64,000 bases of DNA from an uncultured Halobacteriales archaeon (GCA_964471665.1 CAYYHG010000002.1:3748-67747); one strand, 5' to 3'. Numbered from the stretch's first letter, positions 30,309 to 39,508 are shown. Notes: a model not told the origin generated them from the sequence alone. Numbers and translations are program-made.

Positions 30309-30486
30309 ACGCCTCTCTGATGGGAGCCACTGTCAAAAACGTTGTTCCAGTCATTCGAACGCAGAGCAAAACAGACACCGGAGCAGGCCGACCGACAAAG
30401 CAAAGAGACGGGCACGCGACAGGGCGGGTGATGAGAGAAGCGAGCGGTCACACCAGCGACGCGACCCGTGCGGGGAGCCGACCGTC

Positions 30487-32193
30487 ATGACCGGGACCGC
30501 CGAGCGACTCGTCGCGGAACTCGAGGCGCTGGGTGTCGAGTACGTCTTCGGCTATCCCGGGGGCCGGGTCATCGAACTGTTCGACCACCTGCCGAACTCG
30601 GATGTGGACCTCGTCCGGCCCCGCGACGAGCGCGAGGCCAGCGTCATGGCCGAGATGTACGGCCGTCTGCACGGCGAACCCGGAGTGCTGGCCGGGCAGG
30701 GACCCTGGATCGGCAGCCTCGGTGCCATCGGTCAGATGGAGGGGTTCCTGGGGTCCTCGCCGATGGTCGTGCTCACGGAGGCCAGCGAGCGCGGCGAGTA
30801 CTCCACGCTGGCTCCCTACCAGCAGGCGCGGGGCGACTACGGCGGGATCGACCTGCCCGACGCGCTCTCGGCCTACACCAAAGAACACTGGGTGCCCCGC
30901 ACGCCGACCGAGACCGTCCGGAGCCTCCAGTTGGCGTTCAAGCACGCGACCGCAGGCCGGCCAGGTCCGACGGCGGTCGTTCTCGACGGCGACGCAGTCA
31001 CCGAGCGGGTGCCCGACGATCCCGTCCCGCCGGTCTGGGACAGCAACCGGCAGGTGCGAAACTGGGAGTCACGGCCCGCCGCTGCCGACGTGGAGGCGGC
31101 CGCCGACGCGCTCGGTGGTGCCAGCCGACCGGTGATCGTCGCCGGCAACGGCGTCCACGCCGCAGGCGCCTACGAGGAACTCCAGGCCGTCGCGGAGGCC
31201 GCGGAGGCGGCCGTGGTCACCTCGTATCTCGGGAAGTCGACGTTCCCCGAGACCCACGCTCTCGCGGGCGGTGTCATCGGATCCTTCGGTCACGAGGGAG
31301 CAAACCGGATCGTCAGCGAGGCCGACGTCCTGCTCGTCGTGGGATCGCGACTCAACCCGATGGACACGAACTGGCAGGCACCGGCGTTCGTCCGACCGGA
31401 CGACCAGACCATCGTCCACGCCGACGTGGATTCGCGCAACGCCGGGTGGGTGTACCCGGCCGACGTCGGGTTGATCGGCGACGCCGCGCAGAGTCTCGCG
31501 GATCTGGCCGACGCCCTCCCGGCGGACGCCGGCACCGGCTGGGCGCGCGACCGGACCACAGAGGCGCGCGAGTCGTTTCACGCACCCGCCTGCGAATCCG
31601 ACGCCTCGCCGATCAAACCCCAGCGTGCGGTCGGGGAGATCGAGGCAGTAATCGACGAGGAGACGGTCGTGACTGCGGATTCCGGGAACAACCGGTTCTG
31701 GCTGCTCAATTACCTGCAGACGCCCGCCGTCCGGACGTACTTCGGGAGCGGCGGCGTGGGGGCGATGGGCTGGGCCACGCCTGCCGCGGTATCGGCCGCG
31801 CTGACGACCGAGAAGCAGGTCGTGGGAGTCACGGGCGACGGCGGGTTCGCGATGACGATGACGAGCGTCGAGACGGCCGTCGAACACGGACTCGCGCCGA
31901 CGGTCGTCGTCCTCAACGACACCAGCCTCGGGATGGTCCGACAGATGCAGGACGGCCCGGAGGACATCGCCGGCGTCGAGTTCCACGACACCGATTTCGT
32001 GACGGCTGCCGAGGCGTTCGGGGCCGTCGGGACCCGCGTCTCGACGCCCGCTGGCCTGGCCGGGGCACTCGAGACTGCGACCGGGGCCGAGGACGTGCCC
32101 CACGTGATCGACACCCGGATCGACCGGGACGAAGAGATGGCCGAGACCCTGCAGTCGTCGTTCTACGCCAACGTCGGCGGACTACACGAGTGA
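30487..32193 (+). CDS. Thiamine-diphosphate-dependent enzyme (acetolactate-synthase / 2-oxoacid-decarboxylase superfamily)
   Basis: ATG at 30487 (MTGTAERLVAELEALGVEYVFGYPGG). Catalytic-Glu region RDEREASVMAEMYGR and ThDP/Mg motif GDGGFAMTMTSVETAVEHGLAPTVVVLND. No small regulatory subunit nearby. Confidence 0.8.
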   Translation: MTGTAERLVAELEALGVEYVFGYPGGRVIELFDHLPNSDVDLVRPRDEREASVMAEMYGRLHGEPGVLAGQGPWIGSLGAIGQMEGFLGSSPMVVLTEASERGEYSTLAPYQQARGDYGGIDLPDALSAYTKEHWVPRTPTETVRSLQLAFKHATAGRPGPTAVVLDGDAVTERVPDDPVPPVWDSNRQVRNWESRPAAADVEAAADALGGASRPVIVAGNGVHAAGAYEELQAVAEAAEAAVVTSYLGKSTFPETHALAGGVIGSFGHEGANRIVSEADVLLVVGSRLNPMDTNWQAPAFVRPDDQTIVHADVDSRNAGWVYPADVGLIGDAAQSLADLADALPADAGTGWARDRTTEARESFHAPACESDASPIKPQRAVGEIEAVIDEETVVTADSGNNRFWLLNYLQTPAVRTYFGSGGVGAMGWATPAAVSAALTTEKQVVGVTGDGGFAMTMTSVETAVEHGLAPTVVVLNDTSLGMVRQMQDGPEDIAGVEFHDTDFVTAAEAFGAVGTRVSTPAGLAGALETATGAEDVPHVIDTRIDRDEEMAETLQSSFYANVGGLHE

Positions 32194-32539
32194 AGCCACA
32201 CCGCGACTCCGACCAGCCAGAAATCCCCCCCGGGCTGGGCTCGGGGGACCGCACCTGCGCTCCTCGTTCGCAGTGCTCACTGCGGTGCTTGACGGGTCCG
32301 CCGTCGCCCAGCCCGCGGCCCATTTCAGTCCCGCCCGACCGCCGGCCTGCCCTTCCCCGGATCGCTCGATCCTCGCGGTACTCGGACACTCGCTCTCGGC
32401 GCGTCTCACAGAGCAGTCGGAGACTTTCTGGCCAGGTGCAGTCCTCGCGACACAGGACGACACTGCCGACAACCGTACCGCAGGCAGCACACGGGACCAG
32501 CAAGAGGATTTAACATCCGACGCTGGGAAGGGGTGAGTG

Positions 32540-33256
32540 ATGTACAAGCACGTCGCCTTGCTCGTCCGCAAGGAGGGGCTGTCCCACGAGGACTTCGTCG
32601 ACTACTGGCACTCTACCCACACACCCATCGCGAAGGACATCGAGGGGGTGGTCAGGTACCACCAGGTCCTGCCGACCGAGCCGGAACACGCGGAGTTCGA
32701 CGGGATCGCCGAACTCTATTTCGAGGACCTCGACGACCTCCACGCAGCCCTGGGGAGCCCGGGATCCCGCGACTACGACCCCGCGCGGGAGGTCGCGGCG
32801 AAGGCCCGCGAGGACGTCGACAACTTCCTCGCCATCGACGAGCGCCCGCGGTTCATCGGCGAGGAGACCGTCCAGAAAGACGAGGTCGGCGGCGACACCG
32901 ACGGCCTCTACAAACACTCCGCGTTCCTCGTGCGCCAGGAGGGGATGACCCACGAGGACTTCGTCGACTACTGGCAGACCAACCACACCCCCATCGCCCG
33001 CGGGATCGAAGGTGTCGTCAGGTACACCACCGTTCTCCCGGCAGATCCAAACAGCGCGGAGTTCGACGGAATCGCCGAACTGTACTTCGAGGACCTCGAC
33101 AAACTGTACGACGCGCTGGGAGGCGAAGGAACACGGGATTACGACCCCGAGAAGGGCAAGGCGAGGGAGGCCCGCGAGGACGTGGACAACTTCCTCGCCA
33201 TCGACCGGCGGCCCCGTCTGATCGGTCGCGAACGGCTCGTCACAGACAGGAGATAG
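32540..33256 (+). CDS. Tandem EthD-domain protein (two EthD repeats in one chain)
   Basis: Internal duplication is visible in the protein. YKHVALLVRKEGLSHEDFVDYWHSTHTPIAKDIEGVVRYHQVLP...AELYFEDLDDL matches YKHSAFLVRQEGMTHEDFVDYWQTNHTPIARGIEGVVRYTTVLP...AELYFEDLDKL. Confidence 0.8.
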   Translation: MYKHVALLVRKEGLSHEDFVDYWHSTHTPIAKDIEGVVRYHQVLPTEPEHAEFDGIAELYFEDLDDLHAALGSPGSRDYDPAREVAAKAREDVDNFLAIDERPRFIGEETVQKDEVGGDTDGLYKHSAFLVRQEGMTHEDFVDYWQTNHTPIARGIEGVVRYTTVLPADPNSAEFDGIAELYFEDLDKLYDALGGEGTRDYDPEKGKAREAREDVDNFLAIDRRPRLIGRERLVTDRR

Positions 33257-33257
33257 T

Positions 33258-33848
33258 ATGCCCGACTACGAGACGCAGGTCCGCGAGGCAGTCCCCGAAC
33301 TGGAGGCGATCGGCACGGCGACGCTCCGCGACCAGGTCGTCGAGGCGTGGGTGCTCGCGCTCGACCGTGGCGGGTGGAGAGACGTCACAGACGTCCCCTA
33401 CGCCTGGAACATCCACGAGGTCTCGAACGTCGAACACGTCCGCGGGGTCGCCCGGATCACCCGCGAGACTGCCCGCCAGCAACGGGAGTTCCACGACGCA
33501 GACCCCGACGTGGACGTGGCAATCGCGGCCAGCCTGCTCCACGACGTCGGGAAGTGCTACGAGTACGTCTCGTTCGTCGACGACGAGGTGGTGCTCGATC
33601 CCGACCCCGAGTACGCAAGCGAGGAGGTCCCCCACTCGCTGTCGGGGTACGCGCTGGCCCACGAGGTCGGCTGTCCGCTCGCAGTGCAGCGCGCCATTCC
33701 GCACTTTATCGGCGAGATTCCCTCGCGGACGCTGGAGGCCGAACTCGTCAAAAGCGCCAACTCGGCGTCCTCGAACGCCATCATCCAGTCGGCGATGGGG
33801 ATGACCCTCCAGGAGTGGGTCGACGAGTACTCCCAGACCCAGGAGTGA
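33258..33848 (+). CDS. HD-domain protein
   Basis: 196-aa ORF starting 2 nt after the EthD stop. H...HD motif (EHVRGVARIT ... ASLLHDVGK) and later histidines (HSLSGYALAH, IPHFIGE). Confidence 0.75.
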   Translation: MPDYETQVREAVPELEAIGTATLRDQVVEAWVLALDRGGWRDVTDVPYAWNIHEVSNVEHVRGVARITRETARQQREFHDADPDVDVAIAASLLHDVGKCYEYVSFVDDEVVLDPDPEYASEEVPHSLSGYALAHEVGCPLAVQRAIPHFIGEIPSRTLEAELVKSANSASSNAIIQSAMGMTLQEWVDEYSQTQE

Positions 33849-33902
33849 CACGCTGTGCCGTTGTGTGGGAGTCGCCACTGCCGGCGTCGCGGACAGGCCG
33901 TC

Positions 33903-34286
33903 TCACCCGGTCTTGTAGACGCCCCGTGCGTCGGCGACGTGCGCGTTCTCGCCCGCGTACACGTCCACGTCGACGACGCCGACGTCCCCGCCCAGGCGAA
34001 CGACGTCGGCCACCGCAGTCAGGTCGCCGGTACCGGCCTCGAGGTAGTCGACGCGCATGTCGATGGTCGGAACGGGCTGATCGACCAGCGAGACGAGGGC
34101 GGCGCCCCCGACTGTGTCCGCGAGCGTGAACGTGACTCCGCCGTGGGCCATCACGCGGTCCTCGTTCCAGGACAGTTCCGGGCGCATCTCGACGTGTCCC
34201 TCGGCGTGGCCGTCCCCGACATCGGTCACCTCGACGCCGAGCAGGTCGGCGAAGGGCATGTTCTCGAAGAAGGACTCGGTGTCCAT
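33903..34286 (-). CDS. PaaI-family (hotdog-fold) acyl-CoA thioesterase
   Basis: ATG at 34286 (MDTESFFENMPFADLLGVEV). HGGVTFTLADTVGG motif typical of PaaI/YdiI thioesterases. Confidence 0.85.
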   Translation of the reverse strand: MDTESFFENMPFADLLGVEVTDVGDGHAEGHVEMRPELSWNEDRVMAHGGVTFTLADTVGGAALVSLVDQPVPTIDMRVDYLEAGTGDLTAVADVVRLGGDVGVVDVDVYAGENAHVADARGVYKTG

Positions 34287-34431
34287 GCCCGGCGTTCCCC
34301 CGGCCGGGGAATAAAATCGACGGTGTCCCGATCGCCGACCGGACCGCAATCGTACGGACTGCTGGAGCCGTCTGCCGGATCGAGCACCTGCTGTCGGGGT
34401 TCAGCCCGGCGAACGGTCACGACCGTCAGTA

Positions 34432-35436
34432 TCAGACCACCTGCGGCCGGACCTCGTCGCCGAGCCGGTGGATACACTCCCGCATGCGCTCGGTTCCGAT
34501 CCCGGGGTGGTAGGTGCGAAAGATGACGTGGATGTCGTCACCGAGTGTGTCACGGTACGCGTCGAGTTGCTCGACGACCTGTTCGGGAGTGCCGAAGATG
34601 GCCTGGTCTTTCAGTTCCCGTCTGCGCTCGGCGGAGAGTTCGTCGACGGGTTCCCCGGAGAAAATTTCCTGGTAGCGACGCTGGATGTAGAGGTATCCCT
34701 CGCGCATTCGCTCCCAGGCGTCGTCGCGGGAGTCACCGACGAAACCGTGCTGGATGACGTACACCTGGAACTCGCCGTCGACGTCGTTTTTTTCGCGGAC
34801 CCGTTCGATGTCGACGACGCGCTTGCGGACGCCCTCGACCGACAGCGCGGAGGGCGCACACCAGCCATCGCCGATCCGGGCGGCACGCCTGACGGCCGGT
34901 TTCGCACCCCCGCCGAGCATGATCGGTACCCGGCGTTCGGGTCCGGGAGTCACCGAGACGTCGGGCGGGATGTCGTGGAATTCGGGGTCGTACCCGAGTG
35001 GCCCCGGAGACCACGCGGCCCGGACCGTCCGGACGGTGTCGACGAGGCGGTCGACGCGCTCGTCGGTCGGGACGCCGAAGGCCTCGAACTCGCGGGGGTT
35101 CGAGCCGATAGCGAGGCCCAGGGTGGCGCGTCCGCCGGCAATCTGGTCGATGGTCGCGACGTCCTCGGCCAGCCGGACCGCGTCGTAGAGCGGTGCCAGC
35201 GCGATACAGGGGCCGAGTTCGACGTCGTCGGTGACCGCCGCGAGCGCCCCGAGCGCAGGCGTGATCCCCGAGAGATAGCCGTCCTCGAGGAAGTGGTGTT
35301 CGGAGACCCACGCGCTGTCGAGGCCGGCGTCGTCGATGGCCCGGCCGAGTTCGAGCATCTCGTCGTAGATGGCGCTCGTCGGGCGGTCGTCGTCCGGGCG
35401 CTGCTGGCAGGTGAACAGTCCCGTCCCGAGTTTCAT
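34432..35436 (-). CDS. LLM-class flavin-dependent (luciferase-like) oxidoreductase
   Basis: 334-aa ORF. MKLGTGLF..., AWVSEHHF and GRATLGLAIGS motifs of luciferase-like monooxygenases / F420-dependent oxidoreductases. Confidence 0.8.
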   Translation of the reverse strand: MKLGTGLFTCQQRPDDDRPTSAIYDEMLELGRAIDDAGLDSAWVSEHHFLEDGYLSGITPALGALAAVTDDVELGPCIALAPLYDAVRLAEDVATIDQIAGGRATLGLAIGSNPREFEAFGVPTDERVDRLVDTVRTVRAAWSPGPLGYDPEFHDIPPDVSVTPGPERRVPIMLGGGAKPAVRRAARIGDGWCAPSALSVEGVRKRVVDIERVREKNDVDGEFQVYVIQHGFVGDSRDDAWERMREGYLYIQRRYQEIFSGEPVDELSAERRRELKDQAIFGTPEQVVEQLDAYRDTLGDDIHVIFRTYHPGIGTERMRECIHRLGDEVRPQVV

Positions 35437-35490
35437 ACGCCCAGTTCGGGTGGTTTCGTGTTAACTGTGGCGGGCCGACCCGTCTCTCAC

Positions 35491-35889
35491 TCACTCCGGT
35501 CGGTAGACCCGTCCGCGAAAGGTCGCGACGCGTTCGCCGTCGCCGTCGGTCACCACGACCTCGTACTCGGCGGTCCGGCCGGCGGCGTGTGTCTCTTCGG
35601 CCGTCGCGGTGAGTGTCTCGCCCGTCTCGACGGCCTCCAGATACGAGATGTTCGTCTCCAGAGCCACTGCAGTCTGCCCGTGGGAGTTCGACGCCGCGGC
35701 GAAGGCGGCGTCGGCCAGCGAGTAGATCGCTCCGCCGTGGGGCGTGCCGTGGAAGTTCACCAGCTCGTCGGTGACAGTCAACTCCGTGCGCGCGTGTCCT
35801 GGTTCGATGTCGACCACCTCGATCCCCAGTACGTCGCAGTAGGGATCCGCAGCCACGCGGTCCCGGACCTCCTCGGGTACCTCCGTCAT
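35491..35889 (-). CDS. paaI: PaaI-family (hotdog-fold) thioesterase, second copy
   Basis: ATG at 35889 (MTEVPEEVRDRVAADPYCDVLGIEVV). HGGAIYSLADAAFAAA motif. About 130 aa, typical of phenylacetyl-CoA thioesterase. Confidence 0.8.
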   Translation of the reverse strand: MTEVPEEVRDRVAADPYCDVLGIEVVDIEPGHARTELTVTDELVNFHGTPHGGAIYSLADAAFAAASNSHGQTAVALETNISYLEAVETGETLTATAEETHAAGRTAEYEVVVTDGDGERVATFRGRVYRPE

Positions 35890-35951
35890 ACCATCCGCTT
35901 CCAGCACTGCCGGTAAAAAGCTATTTACCCGCGCTGGCGGATATCCCGCAC

Positions 35952-36431
35952 GTGCCCTACAGCTACGAACCACACCACTTCGAGGACCTCGAGGTGGGAC
36001 AGACCTTCCAGAGCGCCGGCCGGACGGTCACCGAGACCGAGTTCTCGCTGCACTCGATGCTCACCGGCGACTGGACGGAACTGCACACGAACCAGGAGTA
36101 CTCCGAGGACGGCCCCTACGGCCAGCGCATCGCCCACGGCCCGATGACGTTCATTCTCGCGACCGGACTCCTCCAGCGGACCGGTATCGTCGAACGAACT
36201 GTTATTGCCTTCATGGGAATGAACTACATGGACATCCCGAACCCACTGTTCATCGGCGATACAATCTCGGCCGAGTACGAGATCGCCGAGAAGCGCGAAC
36301 TCGACTCCCGGGACGACGCCGGCTTCGTCTGTGTCGACTCGACGGTCACCAAGCAGGACGGTACGTCCGTCTTCGAGGGCGACATGAAGTTCCTCTGGAC
36401 GTTCGAATCCGCGACCACTGGCGAGTCGTGA
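35952..36431 (+). CDS. MaoC-like (R)-specific enoyl-CoA hydratase/dehydratase
   Basis: GTG start at 35952. LEVGQTF, TGDWTELHTNQEY, AHGPMT motifs of the MaoC hotdog dehydratase family. Confidence 0.8.
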   Translation: MPYSYEPHHFEDLEVGQTFQSAGRTVTETEFSLHSMLTGDWTELHTNQEYSEDGPYGQRIAHGPMTFILATGLLQRTGIVERTVIAFMGMNYMDIPNPLFIGDTISAEYEIAEKRELDSRDDAGFVCVDSTVTKQDGTSVFEGDMKFLWTFESATTGES

Positions 36432-36563
36432 AACATCGGGACTGTGTCCAAAACGACTCGATAAGTATAATTCTCTCGTAGGAAAAATCTGCGAACACGT
36501 GGATAGCGGGCCCTGACCGGGACCGGACCTGCCGGGGAACTGGTTGTGCAAGCCAGACAGGTA

Positions 36564-37286
36564 TCAGGAACTGTCGATGTCCCGGACGATCAGCACCGGT
36601 CGCTCCGACCGCCTGACGACCTTCGTCGGCAGGTCGCCCAGGATGTGTTCGACCAGCGAGGGCTCACTCTCGCCGATGATGAGGACGTCGTGATTCTGTG
36701 CGGCGTCGACGATGTCGTCGATTGGCGACTCGCTCTCGACGGTGCTGGTGTCGATGCGGTCGGTATCGACCCCGGCGTCGGCCAGGCGGTCGGCAGCTCC
36801 CTGGAGCAACGTCTTCCCGACGCTCGGGTCTTCGTCGCCTTCCGGCACGGCGTGAAACAGTGTGACTGTCGCCTCACTCTCGTCCAGAAGGGCGGCGACC
36901 ACCGAGAGGATACGGTCGAGGTTCACGTCGCCACGGATGGGCACGAGCACCCGCTCGACGACCCGGACCTCCCTGGGAACGACGACGACCGCCGCGTCGT
37001 AGTCCTCGGCGACACGGTCGATCGTCTCCGAGCGGTCGCGGGTGAACACCACCAGCGTCTCGATGTCGGTCCCCCCGGGAAAGTCCGCAGCGACCTCCTC
37101 GACGCGTGCGATGGCTTTCTCCTCGTGTTCGTCCTGCATCTGTTCGAGAGTAACCTGGTCGGGAACGGGATACCACCCGAGTAGCACGACTTTTGCCGGC
37201 CGCAGCAGGGCCAGCAGGTCGGGATCGGGACGCGCCTCTGTCGAGACGTCGACCGGGACCAGCACCGTCGGTTTCGGGTCGTTCAT
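36564..37286 (-). CDS. Tandem-domain universal stress protein (UspA family)
   Basis: 240-aa ORF with two USP-like halves (VLVPVDVS..., VLVPIRGD...). Paralog of the next gene. Confidence 0.8.
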   Translation of the reverse strand: MNDPKPTVLVPVDVSTEARPDPDLLALLRPAKVVLLGWYPVPDQVTLEQMQDEHEEKAIARVEEVAADFPGGTDIETLVVFTRDRSETIDRVAEDYDAAVVVVPREVRVVERVLVPIRGDVNLDRILSVVAALLDESEATVTLFHAVPEGDEDPSVGKTLLQGAADRLADAGVDTDRIDTSTVESESPIDDIVDAAQNHDVLIIGESEPSLVEHILGDLPTKVVRRSERPVLIVRDIDSS

Positions 37287-38002
37287 CGGTCTCGCTCCTT
37301 GCGGACGACCAGCACGTCCGTGTCGGTGCGGTCGGCGATGCGGTTTGGCATGTCGCCGACGACGCGCTCGCGCAGGCCGGGTTCGTACTCGCCGGTGATG
37401 ACGAAGTCGTGGGAGTCGGCCAGCTCGAACAACTCGCTGTCCTGGGTTTCGGCGGTGGGCTCTTCCCAGGTGACGGCTTCCCGGTCGAGGCCGTGGTCCC
37501 GGAGCCAGTCGGTCGCACCCCGGAGGTACAGTTCCGACCTGGCGCTTCCTTCCTCGATGGACTCGGCGTGGAACAGCGTCACCTCGGGGTCGCCGTCCTC
37601 CAGCAGCAGGCCGACGACTTCGAGGACGCGGAACATGTTCGTCTCGTCTTTGAGCGAGACCAGCACCTTGTCGAGGCCGTGGATATCGCCGGGGACGAGG
37701 ACGGCGTCACAGCCGAACTCGTTGGCGACGCGGTCGATAGACTGCGTGCGGTCGCGGGTGAACACGAGCACCGATTCGACCGCCGTGCCCTGCTGGGCGA
37801 ACGACCGGACCGTCGGCTCCATCGCCGCTTTCGCCTCCGCCTCGTATTCGGCCTGGAGCTGGTCCGGTGCGGCCTGGTCCGGGACCGGATAGTAGCCGAG
37901 CACCACGACCGTGGCTGGCCCCAGCAGGTCGACGATGTCGGCCGGGTACTCATTCGGGTCCGATGCGTCGATGGGAACGAGGATCGTCGGATCGTCTATC
38001 AT
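37283..38002 (-). CDS. Tandem-domain universal stress protein (UspA family)
   Basis: 239-aa ORF, clearly alignable to 36564..37286 (e.g. LGYYPVPDQ vs LGWYPVPDQ, LVFTRDR in both). 4-nt overlap with it. Confidence 0.8.
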   Translation of the reverse strand: MIDDPTILVPIDASDPNEYPADIVDLLGPATVVVLGYYPVPDQAAPDQLQAEYEAEAKAAMEPTVRSFAQQGTAVESVLVFTRDRTQSIDRVANEFGCDAVLVPGDIHGLDKVLVSLKDETNMFRVLEVVGLLLEDGDPEVTLFHAESIEEGSARSELYLRGATDWLRDHGLDREAVTWEEPTAETQDSELFELADSHDFVITGEYEPGLRERVVGDMPNRIADRTDTDVLVVRKERDR

Positions 38003-38044
38003 TGGTGATCACCAGTAGTTGCGAGCGGTTCGTGTGGCTGTGGG

Positions 38045-39508
38045 TCAGTCATCGACACCGGCCCCCTCGGTCGGTGTGGCCTCGATATCGCTGAGGTCGA
38101 ACTCCACCTCGACCTCGGTCTCGACGGCCGGTGGCGAGCGGTACCGGGCGAGTGCGCTGGTATCCTCGACGCGCTTGCGCACGTAGACGAAATACCAGAC
38201 GACGCCGGCGACGACCAGCGCGCCGGCCAGCAGTATCTGCTGGGTGTCCATGAACCCGATGAGTGCGAACGACAGGAGCGCCCCGAGTGCGGGGACGACC
38301 GGATAGCCGGGCACCTCGAAGCCGGGGTCGTAGCCCATCGCCTCGGTCTCGTGCATGACGATGAGCGAGACGTTCAACAGCCCGTACACGAGCAGGTGCA
38401 ACACGCTGCCTGCCTTTGCCAGGGCGTTGACCTTGCCGGCGACGATGAACACCAGAATGAGCGCACCCGTCAGCGCGATCGACCGGTAGGGGGTGCTGAA
38501 CTGCTCGTGGATCTTCGACAGTCGCTCGTCCATCAGGCCGTCACGGCCCATCGCGTAGTTGATCCGCGAGGCCGACAGGACCGACGCGTTGGCCGAGGAC
38601 GCCGTCGCCAGGAGCCCCCCGAAGGTCAGCATGCCGACGCCGACGATACCGACGCCGAAGCCGCCGAAGATCGCCCGTGCGCCGATTGCGATGGCCGTTC
38701 CCTCGCCGGCGATCCGGGAAAGCGGGACGACGCCGAGCAGGATGAGCATCGACACCGCGTAGATGGTCGTCACGAGCAGGACTCCTCCGACCATCGCCCG
38801 CGGAAGGTTCTTGCCGGGATTTTTGATCTCGCCGGCGACCGTCGCCACCTGCGCGAATCCCAGGTACGACACGAACACCAAGGCGGTCGTGGGGAGAATC
38901 GCACCGGCGCCCGACCCCTGTGGGAAAAACGGCGTCAGTTCCGCGAGTCGGACCTGTGTCGCGCCAAGCGCCATGAAGACCCCGAGGATGGCGAGCAGGA
39001 CAATGACGATGACGTTTTGCAGGTCACCCGTGCTGTCCGTGCTGAGGTAGTTGACCGCGATGAACGCGCTGGCAGCGACCAGCCCACCGATCTGTGGCCC
39101 GGACAGCGGGAGAGCGGCCACGACACCCAGGTTCAACTCCAGACTCGCCATCAGCGGTGCGACGTAGTTGCCAAAGCCGACTGCGTAGAACGCCGTCGCA
39201 AACGCCAGCCCCAGCCAGTTCCCGAGTCCCGCGATGGAGCCAAAGAGCGGTCCCAGACTGGTGTTGATGAAGTGGTAGGGGCCACCCGAGGCCGGCATCG
39301 CCGTCGCGAGTTCGCTGGCCGAGAGCGCGGTCAGCATGGCAATCGCGCCCGCCACGACGAAGGCTACCGAGGAAGCCGGACCCGCCAGCGCGGCCGCCGC
39401 GCCCGGCAACACGAAGATGCCGGCCCCGACCATCGTCCCGACCCCGATCATCAGCGCCTCCTTCAGCCCGAGCGTTCGCTCGAGTTGTGTGCTCGTCTCC
39501 GTCTCCAT
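38045..39508 (-). CDS. APC-superfamily amino acid permease
   Basis: 487-aa ORF with about 12 hydrophobic segments. N-terminal LGLKEALMIGVGTMVGAGIFVLPG motif is typical of APC transporters. Acidic cytoplasmic tail. Confidence 0.85.
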   Translation of the reverse strand: METETSTQLERTLGLKEALMIGVGTMVGAGIFVLPGAAAALAGPASSVAFVVAGAIAMLTALSASELATAMPASGGPYHFINTSLGPLFGSIAGLGNWLGLAFATAFYAVGFGNYVAPLMASLELNLGVVAALPLSGPQIGGLVAASAFIAVNYLSTDSTGDLQNVIVIVLLAILGVFMALGATQVRLAELTPFFPQGSGAGAILPTTALVFVSYLGFAQVATVAGEIKNPGKNLPRAMVGGVLLVTTIYAVSMLILLGVVPLSRIAGEGTAIAIGARAIFGGFGVGIVGVGMLTFGGLLATASSANASVLSASRINYAMGRDGLMDERLSKIHEQFSTPYRSIALTGALILVFIVAGKVNALAKAGSVLHLLVYGLLNVSLIVMHETEAMGYDPGFEVPGYPVVPALGALLSFALIGFMDTQQILLAGALVVAGVVWYFVYVRKRVEDTSALARYRSPPAVETEVEVEFDLSDIEATPTEGAGVDD

